Source of the DNA: Leucoraja ocellata
Taxonomy: Eukaryota
Length of the DNA: 64,000 bases
Reading direction: 5' to 3'
NCBI GenBank assembly: GCA_036785375.1
Contig: JAWMAR010000159.1
Location: 3,162,001 to 3,226,000 of the forward strand
Shown: positions 26,144 to 37,344 of the stretch, in pieces
Layout: every line of letters starts with the position of its first letter
Numbering within the stretch: position 1 is the stretch's first letter
Program-made: the position numbers and the translations under genes
Notes under the pieces: model-generated
Told to the model about the DNA's origin: nothing
Seen by the model: the letters and a program-made list of their open reading frames with translations, nothing else
The model's database searches: none

Positions 26144-27370
26144 TAATTTATTAGCCAAGTATGCAAAAACATACAAGGAATCTAATTTGCCATAGTCATA
26201 CCAAAAAAGCAATGACAAACAACTACATTAACACCAATTACATTAACAAAGATTAACATAAACATCCACCACAGTGCACTGCGATGGAAGGCAATAGTTG
26301 GCGGCGCGACTCACCCGTTGCAGCGGCCCCTACAGCCTGTCTGTCTTTTTTTTATTTTTTGTCTAGTTAAATGTAGTGTTTGGTGTTTTTTAATAGTGTT
26401 TTTAAATGTGTATATGTGGGGGGCGGGGGGGGAGGGGGAAACTGTTTAAATCTCTTCCCTGTCCGGGAGACCCGACCTTTTCCCTGTCGGGTCTCGGTTG
26501 TCGTTGGGGCCTAGCACCGTGGAGCGGCCTCCAACCTGAATGACCCGGGGGCTCAGGAGACTGCGGAGCTGCGGACTACTCACCATCGTGGGGCTGGCCG
26601 GCCTCGGAGCGTGGGGAGCGGTGGTAACTCGCTGCTGCAACGCGACTCCTGGGGCTCGGAGGCTCCAGCAACGCAGCCGCAGGTCCGGTGAACTGGGACA
26701 TCGGGAGCTCGCGGGTCCGGGGGAGAGACCGCTTCCCGGAGCTCCCGCAACGCCACTTCTCCAGCCCGTATCGCGGGGTTGGAACAACCCGGACCGGGAC
26801 CGTACATCACCTGGCGCGGCTTCATGGCCGTGGGACTCACCATCGCCCGTGGGGGTTCCAACCTTGTACTTTCAGACCGGGAGCGGGGCCATAAATCGCC
26901 CCGCGCGGCCTAAAATGGCCCAATGACTTATCATCACCCGCCTGGGGCTTGGACATCGGGAGAGAAATTGAGAACAGGGGAGAGAAAAGACTTTGCCTTC
27001 CATCACAGTGGCTTCACTGTGATGGATGTTTGTGTGAATTTAATTGTGTGTATGTCTGTAGGACATTGTCTTTGTTTGTATGGCTGTGGAAACAACATTT
27101 CGGTTGAGTCTCACTGGGGCTCAAATGACAATAAATTTGTATTGTATAACATATTGACTACTTCCCTCCTTTCCCCCCACGATCGGGGCAGTCGAACCAT
27201 CCGCAGTCGGGTGATCGGGGCGATTGAAGCTCCTGCATTGGGGCGATCGAAGCTCCTGCGATCGGGACGGTCAAAGCTCCCGAAGTCGGTCCCCAACCAA
27301 GGGAACGCAAGCTCCACAATGTTAAGTCTACAGGATCTCGCGGTGTTGAAGCTTCCGAAGTCGATCCCTG
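26144..27370 (-). mobile_element. GC-rich retroposon (minus) split by an opposite-strand relative
   Basis: catccaccacagtgcactgcgatggaaggcaa at 26263-26294 continues as cttccctcc after 27150; degenerate about 24-bp repeats gatcggggcgatcgaagctcctgc. Confidence 0.65.
26298..27150 (+). mobile_element. GC-rich non-coding retroposon, full length
   Basis: Same leader and 3' modules as 19803; hairpins 26467-26495 and 26999-27026; tgacaataaa plus (TTGTA)n. Confidence 0.8.
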
Positions 27371-27373
27371 ACA

Positions 27374-27470
27374 AAGAAGGGTCTCGATCCGAAACGTCAC
27401 CCATAGGTATCTGAAGAAGGGTCTAGACTCAAAATGTCACCCATTCCTTCTCTCCAGAGATGCTGCCCAT
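27374..27470 (+). mobile_element. Penelope pLTR fragment with tandemly duplicated hammerhead-like core
   Basis: aagaagggtctcgatccgaaacgtcaccc followed by ctgaagaagggtctagactcaaaatgtcaccc. Confidence 0.7.
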
Positions 27471-28330
27471 CCCGTAGACTGTCTACCTTATCTATGCCTC
27501 TCATAATTGTATACAATTCTATCAGGTCCCCTCTTACCCTCTGACGTTCCAGAGAAACCAATCCAAGTCTGGGCAACTTTTCCCCAAAACTAGTACTTTC
27601 TCATCTAGGCAGCATTCTGGTAAACTTCATCTGCACTCTCCTCCAAAGCCTTCACATCCTTCCTGTAATGGGGCAACAGAACTACACACAATACTCAAAA
27701 TCTGCCCCAAATTATACACCAGTTAGCCTGACATGGTGGGGAAAATATTGCAGTCAATAATAAAATATGAAACAGCGGAACATTTGGATAGCAGTAGCAG
27801 GATCGGTCCGAGTCAGCATGGATTTACGAAGGGGAAATCATGCTTGACTAATCTTCTGGAATTTTTTGAGGATGCAACCAGGATAATGGGCAAGGGAGAG
27901 CCAGTGGATGTAGTGTACATGGACTTTCAGGAAGCATTTGATAAGGTTCCACATCGGAGATTAGTGGGCACAATTAAAGCACATGGTATTGGGGGTAGGG
28001 TGCGGACATGGATACAAAATTGGTTGGCAGTCAGAAAATAAAGGGCAGGATTTAATGGGTACCTTACAGAATGGCAGGCAGTGACTAGTGGGGTATGGTA
28101 AGGCTCGGTGCTGGGACCGCAGCTATTTACAATATAAATGAATGATTTAGATGAAGGGATTAAAAATAACATTAGAAAATTTGCAGATGACACAAAGCAG
28201 GGTGGCAGTGTGAACTGTTAGGAGGATGCTATGAGAATGCAGGGTGAGTTAGACAGGTTGGGTGAGTGGGCAGATGCATTTTATTGTGGATAAATGTGAG
28301 GTTATCCACTTTGGTGGCAAAACAGGAAGA

Positions 28331-29113
28331 TTTTGATTTTGATTTTGATTTTGATTTGATTTGATTCCTTTATTGTCATCCAGACCTTTCGGTCTGAACA
28401 AAATGTCGTTGCCTGCAGTAATACACAATAATAATAAATAACAAAACATACAATAAACACAAATTAACATCCACCGTAGTGAGTTCACCAAGCACCTCCT
28501 CACTGTGATGGAGGCAAAAGTCTTAGTCTCTGTCTCTTCCCTCCTTGTTCTCCCTCTGCGCTGAAGCGACCCAGGCTGAAGATGCCGCCCTCCAGTCCAG
28601 CGGACCTCCGTGGTGATGTCGCCGCTGCCTCAGCTCCGAGTCCCGCTGCCTCAGCGAGTCGGGCCACTGCTGCATCAGCTCCGAGTCCCGCTGCCTCAGC
28701 TCCGAGTCCCACTGCCTCAGCTCCGAGTCCCGCAGCCTCAGCATCGGGCCGCTGCCGAAAGCTGGAACGCCGCTTCAGCGAGTCGGGCCACCGCTTCTTC
28801 GGCCCCGAAGATGGCCAGCCTCACGTTGGTGAGTCCTGGCTGGCTCTGCCTCCAGAGCCTCGAGGTCGGTCACAGGTTGGAGACCGCCAGCTCTGCCATT
28901 AGGCCTCAGCGCAGACGGAGGCAGAGAAGGGGGATACGACAAGAAAGTCGAATTCCCCTGAAGGAAGAGACAAAAAAACATTTCACCGCCCCCCCCCCCC
29001 CCTATAACACAACCTAATAAACTAAAATTTAGCTAAAACAAGACAAAAAAAACACAAAAAAAACAGACAGACTGCAGGCGAGCCAGAGCTGTTTAACAGC
29101 ACTGCCACTTCCG
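28331..29113 (-). mobile_element. GC-rich non-coding retroposon, full length
   Basis: Minus start ccggaagtggcagtgc; tail of aatca/aaatca repeats; GNRA hairpin cagaccGAAAggtctg 28381-28396. Confidence 0.85.
28622..28742. repeat. 21-bp GC-rich minisatellite (gctgcctcagctccgagtccc)n
   Basis: About 5 imperfect units seen directly. Confidence 0.9.
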
Positions 29114-30521
29114 GAGTTTTACCTAAATGGTGTGAAGTTGTGAAAATTTTATCTAAAAGGCAGATTATTATCTAAGTGGTGTGAAGTTGTGAAAAGGGGA
29201 AGTACAATGGGATCTGGAGGGGTCCTTGTTCATCAGCCACTGAAAGTAAGCATGCAGATACAGCAGGCAGTGAAGAAAGCTGCCGAAAGCTGGAACCTGG
29301 AAGGCGTGTTGGCCTTCGTAACAAGAGGAGTTGGGTATAGAAGCAAAGAGGTCCTTGTGCAGTTGTACAGGGCCCTAGTGAGACCACACCTGGAGTATTG
29401 TGTGCAGTTTTGGTCTTCAAACTTGAGGAAGGACATTCTTGCAAATTGAGGGAGTGCAGTGTAGGTTCAAAAGGTTAATTCCCAGGATGGTGGGACACCT
29501 ATGTTGATAGATTGGAGCGGCTGGGCTTGTATACACTCTAGAATTTAGAAGGATGGGAGGGGATCTTATTGAAACATATAAGATTAATACGGTTTGGATA
29601 CGCTAGAGGCAGGAAACATGTTCCCAATGTTGGGGGAGTCCAGAACCAGGGGCCATAGTTTAAGAATAAGTGGTAAGCCATTTAGAACGGAGATGAGGAA
29701 AAACTTTTTCACACAGAGAGATGTGAGTCTGTGGAATTCTCTGCCTCAGAGGGCAGTGGAGGCTGGTTCTCTGGATGCTTTCAAGAGAGAGTTAGATAGA
29801 GCTCTTAGAGATAGCGGAGTTAAGGGATATGGAGAGAAGGCAGGAACGGGGTAATGATTGTGGACGATCAGACATTACCACATTGAATGGTGGTGCTGAC
29901 TCAAAGGGCCAAATGGCGTACTCCTGCACCTATTGTCTATTGTTCATTGTCTAAAGCTACAACATGACGACTTTTATACTAAATTTAAAATTTGAGTTTT
30001 TCGAAGTGGAAGTCAATGTAGGTTGTTTTGCAAGAAAAGCCATTGTAATCCTGGATGATCATCAATAAAGCAGCATTTGGCACACCAGGATTTTACTTTT
30101 GAGGCACAGTATCTTTGAATCATTGGAATCATCAGAAAATAGTGATAAGAGAGGGGCAATGCAGATTTTCTTGGAATAAAGAAGATTAAATTTAGTATAA
30201 TCCATCCGTTTTAAAAATAATTTAAATTATGAAAAGTATCTGGAAACTATAGATTTCAGGGAGAGGACAATTACAGATTTAATCAGCCTGAGGCAAAATT
30301 GATGACCAGAGTTCCCACATATTTCATGCTCCATGTATTTTAGGTAGCCAAACAAACGACACAAAAACAGGTACGTTTGTATTCACAGGAACTATTTAGC
30401 CACAGTTTAGACTATAATTTCTTAGCATGCACACAGTATACTTTGCTTCTTGTGCTGCTGGGACTAAAGACATTTCAATCACAGAAGTTGTGTTTAAAAT
30501 AATCGACCTTAATACCTTGAT

Positions 30522-30795
30522 TGGGCAGCAGTGTGGTGCAGCTGGTATAGCTGCTGCCTCTCAGCCACCAGAGACCTGTGTTTGATTTCCGTCCTTGGCT
30601 GCTGCATGTGTGAACTTTGCACTTTCTCCATGTGACCACGTGGGTTTCCTCTGGGTGCTCTGGCTTCCTTCCACATCTAAATAGCCCCAGTGTGTACTGA
30701 AGCAAAAGTGGTTAAACATAGAACTAATGTGAACTAGTGTGGTCAGTATAAACATGGTGGGTCAAAGGGCCTGTTTCTAAGCTGTATCTTTCATT
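30522..30795 (+). mobile_element. HE1/V-SINE-type SINE (older)
   Basis: gtggtgcagctggtatagctgctgcctc...gtgaccacgtgggtttcctctgggtgctctggcttcc...gggcctgtttct. Confidence 0.8.
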
Positions 30796-31839
30796 CAAAA
30801 CCTAGTTTAAAAATGATGAAGATCTATCGACTGCATACCAAGAACAGGATTTTTTTTTCTTAAGGAGATTAGATAGTTGAGATATATTATTGTTGGTGTT
30901 GACAATATGAGAACTATTGAGGCTTTGTGGGTTTGTTCTCACTTGGTTCATTTTGAACCTGTGATCAAAACTAAATTAAGATTTAAAGTAAAAACACTAT
31001 AACGTAGGGCATATTTCCCTCTACCAAATTGCAAGATTTGCAGAATGCAATGAGCACAGAGGAGCCAAGTGAACCAGGTACATTCTGCCAGTTTAGGGTG
31101 TCCAGTATAAATCTGTTGTTGTAGGATAACATCAAATCAGGAGGGTTTTTATGCAGGTCTGGTTACCTCTAGCACAGGACAGCAAAATGAGACTCGCTTG
31201 TAATTCTGCACACAATAGAAAGGTTGCCAGAATGGAAACAGCTGGTGCCTTTGTGAGGAGCTATTTAGTACTTGTCGGCGATGGTTGCAGCAATGTAATT
31301 GTAATTTGATTTTTGTCAGAAGCATTGTGAAAACATTGATTGTAGAATGAATTAAGATGTTGGCAGAAACAATTAGCATTGTGAAAGAAAGGTATCCTTT
31401 TTACATATGAAAATTAAAATTAGGAAAACAAACAAATTTCACACGATTGCCAAGACTGATTTTTTTTCCCTTTAATAGGGAAATCTAACATTGTTAAAAT
31501 TAATGGGAAACATATTTCTCCGAGATGTTTTCCGGCTTAATTATTTACTCCTTAAATCAAACAGAATAATACAGCATTGAGAACAGCATCTTCGCAGGGA
31601 CATTCATCACAGTTTACATTACCTTCTTGGTCTTTTATTGAGACAAGTCTAATAGTTCTGTGACATTAAATGAATCTCACTCATATATAATGGATCAATT
31701 CATGCAGCAAAGTGTATTCATCCAAACGCTGTGCCCTTCCTTCTTGTTTTACACATTTGAATACCAGTGTTTATGCCATCTAAAGTACAAGGAGAACTTG
31801 AAATTACATATGAGTGATAACAGGGCTACCTAGCTGCTT

Positions 31840-31990
31840 CTTGAGTACGATCAAGTTCTGTGACTTCTGGGTTGACTGATGAGGCCAATGTCAGAACTGT
31901 AGGGTTTCCCACAGATGGGGCCAGAGGTGCTCGTGGGGATAGTGAGGTGGGGAGTTTAAGAGGTTGTACTCCTTGCTTGGTTCATTTGGT
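31840..31990 (-). mobile_element. Decayed RTE LINE 3' end
   Basis: Minus strand reads PICGKPYSSDIGLISQPRSH, like the RTE C-terminal C-x2-C...IGL.SH.R.H motif. Confidence 0.55.
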
Positions 31991-32049
31991 AATCTCTTCC
32001 TTTGAAAGACTTTGTAACAACACAATTGTTAAAATAAAATATCAAATAT

Positions 32050-32395
32050 CATAGCACCTCATATTCTGCTTGGGTTACATAACCCGACGGTGTGAACTAG
32101 GAATTTCTAGAATTCTTCAATTTTAGGTAACTTACAACTCCTCCCTCCTCTTCCCTATGCCCCACCTGGACTGGCCCACACATCTGCCTATCCAAACCGC
32201 CCCCTCATCTGTATCCACCCTATCACTTGACTGGCTTGTTCCTGCCCCTCCTCTTTTCCAGCTTTCTTACCCCCCCTTCACCTCCCCCCATGATAATCAG
32301 TTTGAAAAAGGGTTTGAAGCCGAAATGTCACCTATCCATGTTCTCCAGAGATGTTGCCTGACCCACCGAGTTACTCCAGCACTTTGTGCCTTTAT
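32050..32395 (+). mobile_element. Penelope-like 3' end/pLTR
   Basis: agcacctcatattctgcttggg (QHLIF.LG) ... gccgaaatgtcacc...gagttactccagcac. Confidence 0.75.
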
Positions 32396-32797
32396 TGCCT
32401 GACTCAGGTTCTAGTATCAGGCTTGAGGGCAATTTGCCTTGCCAGTCGGAGCTGGCTCTATGTAATTGGATGCTCAACACTAGAGAAGTTGCTGATTTTG
32501 ATTCACTCGGTCTGTCAGTGGATGTGTATAAGATCAGGAGAGAAATAGATTGAGAGAAATGCCTCTCAAAACTCAGAGGCACTTTGAGTGGTATCATTCC
32601 AATGCCAGCAAATGCCAGATATAGGTGATTTTTGACTCAGTAGATCGAAGGTCAATGATGCTTAGTAGCCCAAGAAGCCTTTGGCAGGTGTGATGTCTTG
32701 ATCTTCAAATACATCTAACCTTTTCTTCAGAGAGCCAAAGGATGTGCTCTGAAGGTGATGGTGAATTTCAACCTCAGTGCCCGTATTCATTGACTCA

Positions 32798-33083
32798 TGG
32801 CCCTGTCCCACGATGCGAGTTCATTCAAGAACTCTCCCGAGTTTAAAAAAAAAATCAAACTCGTGGTAAGCACGGAGAATGAACGTAGCGGGTACGTCGG
32901 AGCTCGGTGACGTCTACTAGTGGTTCGTAACGCTAATGGCAGGTACTCGGGAAGACTCGCTAACGGCAGGTAAGCTCGGGAAGACTCGTGAAGTCCACGA
33001 GAGCCCCGAGTACCGACGAGCGGCCATTACCGTAAATCCCCGAGTTCGAATCAGGCTAAACTCGGGAGAATACTTGGAATGAA
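32798..33083. mobile_element. PIF/Harbinger-like MITE, right TIR truncated
   Basis: tggccctgtcccac start; ttcattcaagaactctcccgagttt mirrored by aaactcgggagaatacttggaatgaa. Confidence 0.7.
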
Positions 33084-34167
33084 GAGGACAGGTTGGGTGA
33101 GTGGGCAGATGCTTGGCAAATGCAGTACAGTAGATAAATGTGAGGTTAACCACTTTGGTGACAAGAATGGGAACGCAGATTATTATCTGAATGGTGTCAG
33201 GTTGGGAAAAGGGGAAGTACAACGAGACCTGGGTGTCCTTGTACATCAGTCACTGAAAGTAAGCATGCAGGTACAACAGGCAGAGAAGAAAGCTTATGGC
33301 ATGTTGGCCTACATAATGAGAGGAGTTGAGTATAGGAGCAAAGAGGTCCTTCTGCAGTTGTACAGGGCCCTGGAGTATTGTGTGCAGTTTTGGGCTCCTA
33401 ATTTGAGGGACATTCTTCCTATTGAGGGAGTGTGGCATAGGTTCACAAGGTTAAGTCCAGGCATGGCGGGTCTGTCATCTGATGAACGAATGGAGCGACT
33501 GAGCTTTTATTCACTAGAATTTAGAAGGATGAGAGTGGAACTTATAGAAACATATGAAATTATTAAGGGATTGGACACGCTAGATGCAGGAAGCATGTTC
33601 CCGATGTTGGGGGAGTCCAGAACCAGGGACCACAGTTTAAGAATAAGGAATAGGCCATTTTGAACCGTGAGGAAAAACTTTTTCACACAGAGAGTTGTGA
33701 ATTTGTGGAATTCTCTGCCTCAGAAGGCAGTTGAGGCTGATTCACTAGATGCATTCAAAAGCGAGTTAAGCCCCTGTCCCACTTAGGAAACCTGGACGGA
33801 AACCTCTGGAGACTTTGATCCCCACCCAAGGTTTCTGTGCGGTTCCTGGAGGTTGCAGGTGGTTGCCGGAGGTTGCAGGTAGAGGAAGCAGGTAGGGAGA
33901 CTGACAAAAACCTCCAGGAACCTCCGGGAACCTCCGGGAACCGCATGGAAACCTTGGGTGGGGCGCAAAGTATAGAGAGGTTTCCGTTCAGGTTTCCTAA
34001 GTGGGACAGGGGCATAAGATAGAACTCTTAGGGCTAGCGGAATCAAGGGGGATGGGGAGAAAGCAGGAACGGAGTACTGATTGTGGATGATCAGCCATTA
34101 TAACATTGAATAGCGATGCTGGCTCGAAGGGCCGAATGACCTACTAATGCACCAGTTGTCTATGTAT
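33084..34167 (+). mobile_element. CR1 ORF2 C-terminus and 3' UTR
   Basis: ORF 33079-33663 RDLGVLVHQSLKVS..LYRALEYCVQFW. Confidence 0.92.
33769..34014. mobile_element. Complete PIF/Harbinger-like MITE
   Basis: About 85-bp imperfect TIRs beginning gcccctgtcccacttaggaaacctg; flanked by TTA/TAA; CR1 host resumes exactly. Confidence 0.88.
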
Positions 34168-34416
34168 CTACGTAAGACGCACAGAGTCTCTTGCCAGAGT
34201 ATGTGAATCGAGGACCAGAGCACATAGGTTTAAGGTGAAAGGGAAAAGATTTAATAGGAATCTGAGGGGTAACCTTTTCAGACAATGGGTGGTGGGTGTA
34301 TGGAACAAGCTGCCAGCGGAGGTAGTTGAGGCAGGAACTATCCCAACATTTAAAAAGTAGTTAGACAGGTACAAGGATAGTACGGGCTTGGAAGGATATG
34401 GACCAAATCCTGGCAT

Positions 34417-36148
34417 CTCTGTGGATAAATGTGAGGTTATCCATTTTGGTGGGATGAACAGGATGGCATATTATTATCTGAATGATAGACATAAAATCCT
34501 GGAGTACCTCAGCAGGTGAGGCAGTATCTCTGGAGAGAAGGAATGGGCGATGTTCGGGTCGAGACCCTTCTTCTGACTGATGTCAGGGGAGGAGGCGGGA
34601 CAAAGATAGAATGTAGTCGGAGACAGTAAGACTAGTGTGGGAACTGGGAAGGGGAAGAGGATGGAGAGAGAAAGCAAGGGCTATCTGAAGTTAGGGAAGT
34701 CAATGTTCATACTGCTAGGGTGTAAACTACCCAAGCGAAATATGAGGTGCTGTCTCCAATTTGTGTTGGGCCTCACTCTGACAATGGAGGAGGCCCAGGA
34801 CAGAAAGGTCAAATTGGGAATGGGAGGGGGAGTTGAAGTGCTGAGCCACCGGCAGATCAGGTAGGTTAAGACGGACTGAGCGGAGATGTTCAGTGAAACG
34901 ATCACCGAGCCTGCACTTGGTCTCGCCGATGTAGAGAAGTTGACACCTGGAACAGCGGATACAGTAGATGAGGTTGAAGGAGGCGTAAGTGAACCTCTGC
35001 CTCACCTGGAAAGATTGTTTGGGTCCTTGGATGGAGTTGAGGGGGGAGTTAAAAGCCTGCAGTTGCAGGGAAAAGTACCTGGGGAGAGGGTGGTTTGGGT
35101 GGGAAGGGACGAGTTGACCAGGCAGTTTCAGAGGGAACAGTCTCTGCGGAAAGCAGAAATGGGTGGAGGTGGGAAGATGTGGCCAGTAATGGGATCCTGT
35201 TGGAGGTGGCGAAAATGTATGGGGATTATATGCTGTATGTGGCGGCTGATGGGATGGAAGGTGAGGAAAAGGGGAACCCCGTTTCCGAAAGAATGAAGGC
35301 ATCTCCGATGCTCTGGTATGGAATACATCATCCTGGGCGCAGATGCGGCGTAGTTGGAGGAATTGGGAGTAGGGGACAGAACCATTATCTGAATGGTGTC
35401 AGATTAGGAAAGGGAGCAGTGCAATGAGACCTGGGTGTGCTTGTACATCAGTCACTGAAAGTCTGCATGCATGTGCAGCAGGCAATGATGAAACCTCTTG
35501 GCATGTTGGCCTTCATTGCGAGAGGATTTGAGTTTAGGAGCAAGGAGGACCTACTGCAGTTGTTTTGGGCCCTGGTGAAACCGCACCTGGAGTATTGTGT
35601 GTAATTTCGGTCTCCTAATTTGAGGAAGGACATTATTACTATTGAAGGAGTGCAGCGTAGGTTCACCAGGTTAATTCCCGGTCTGGTGGGACTGACGCAT
35701 GATGATGGAATAGATCGACTGGGCTTGTATTCACTGGAATTTAGGATGAGAGGGATTTTTACAGAAACATAAAATTCTTAAAGGATTGGACAGGCGAGAT
35801 GCAGGAAAAATGTTCCTGATGATGGGGGAAGTCCAGAACCAGGGGCCACAGTTTAAGAATAAGGGGTAGGCCATTTAGAACTTGGTGAGGAAAAAGTTCT
35901 TCACCCAGAGAGTTGTGATTCTGTGGAATTCTCTTCCACAGAAGGCTGTGGAGTCCAATTCACTGCATGTTTTCAAGAGAGCGTTAGATTTAGCTCTCAG
36001 GGCTAAAGGGATCAAGGGATATGGAGAAAAAGCAGGAACCTGGCACTGATTCTAGATGATCAGCCATGATCATATTGAATAGTGGTGCTGGCTCGAAGGG
36101 CCAAATGGCCTACTCCTGCACTTATTTTTCTATGTTTCTTTGTTTCTA
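34417..36148 (+). mobile_element. CR1 3' portion split by Penelope insertion
   Basis: gtggataaatgtgaggttatcc... resumes at 35384 and ends ttttctatgtttct. Confidence 0.88.
34485..35383 (-). mobile_element. Penelope-like element 3' part with GIY-YIG endonuclease remnant and pLTR
   Basis: NLIYCIRCSRCQLLYIGETKCRLGDRFTEHLRSV in ORF 34727-35302; 12-bp TSD attatctgaatg 34473-34484/35384-35395. Confidence 0.92.
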
Positions 36149-36896
36149 GGTGGGATTGGTGTAACTGGGACATGTTGGTGGGTGTGGGTAATTTGGGCCG
36201 AAGGGCCTGTTTCCACACTGTATGACTCTATGACTCATGGACCTTTATTGTCAGAGGAGCAGCAAAGTGAAGAGTAGCAGATGTATGGACATTACCCTTG
36301 GGTGTGATATACATAATGAATTAGGTTTACGTTGGCTAGGCTGGGCAAGCTCTGACAGGTGATCAGTGACAGACAGTTATGGGAAATCTGGGAGAGCCAA
36401 ATCAGAAGTAATTTTTTTAAACTGCTCTTCCTTGTGGCAGGGGATGTAGACATTGCAGTATGTGGGAGCCAAGGTAGCTCTGAGTCAGTGCCATATATTT
36501 TTGTAAAGCCAGAAGGTGCTTCCAAAATAACCTTGCCACAGTGGTTGTTGTTTGTTGCAATTAGACGTTTTAATTGTTTTTGGAGCAGCTCTCGGTGATA
36601 AATTTTATATGGATTAAGCCTGTCTGCATACAGTCATGTTTGAGGTAAAATTATATTTATGTATATATCTTCCCACATTCCCATTTTTCAATTTGAATGG
36701 GCAGAGGATACTGTAGGTGAAAATCATCTCTTCTGTCCCTGGTGAAAGCTTTTTATGATTTATTATTTTATCAGTGCTTGGTCATTGGTGGAAGGGTCAG
36801 CATTCATTGCCCATCCTTAATAACCCTTGAGAGGATGTTGGAGAACCACCTGCCTGAATCAATTCACTGCTTCCGATTTGAGTTTTTTTTTTTTTT

Positions 36897-37095
36897 TTAA
36901 TTTAGTTTTAGAGATATACGGCGAATAACAGGCCCTTCAACCCACCGAGTCCGCACCAACCAGAGATCCCCACACATTTACACTATCCTACACTCACTAG
37001 GGACAATTTTACATTCATGCCAAGGCAATTAACCTGCAAACCCGTATGTCTTTGGAGTGTGGGAGGAAACCGAAGATCTCGGAGAAAAACCGCGG
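36897..37095 (-). mobile_element. HE1-type SINE 3' part
   Basis: tttagttttagagata...ctttggagtgtgggaggaaaccgaagatctcggagaaaa. Confidence 0.8.
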
Positions 37096-37344
37096 ATAAT
37101 CTCAGCTCAGTAGAGAAGTTACCGCGTTTATACAATGGTCAATGAATGAAAGACTGCATTCTTGAGTAAATTAATTGACATAATCAATTATTTCCTAATA
37201 CATTTGTTCACTGATAGGTGACTGATTCTGGATGACAGATTCATCCACAGATATCACAGATGTTTCCACTTCGGATTCCTGTCCATTGGTCAGAGTTTCA
37301 CACCCAACCTTTCTGAGCTATTTTCTTTCAACTTTCTAGTTTCC

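Larger units (their letters stand above)
27710..29952 (+). mobile_element. 5'-truncated CR1 ORF2 (RT) pseudogene interrupted at 28331-29113
   Basis: [54 protein letters not shown], 3' UTR; multiple stops. Confidence 0.92.

Noticed and set aside
26298-27000. CpG island promoter
   Set aside because: CpG richness is confined to a repeated retroposon
27160-27370. Spaced repeats reminiscent of a CRISPR array
   Set aside because: Degenerate tandem minisatellite without unique spacers, in vertebrate DNA, no cas genes
28582-29017. ORFs with AASAPSP / PQLRVPL repeats resembling a low-complexity protein
   Set aside because: Produced by a stop-free 21-bp GC-rich minisatellite open in many frames on both strands inside a retroposon
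31876-31900. CTGATGAG hammerhead-like word
   Set aside because: It is the antisense of RTE codons IGLIS; no stem II or GAAA
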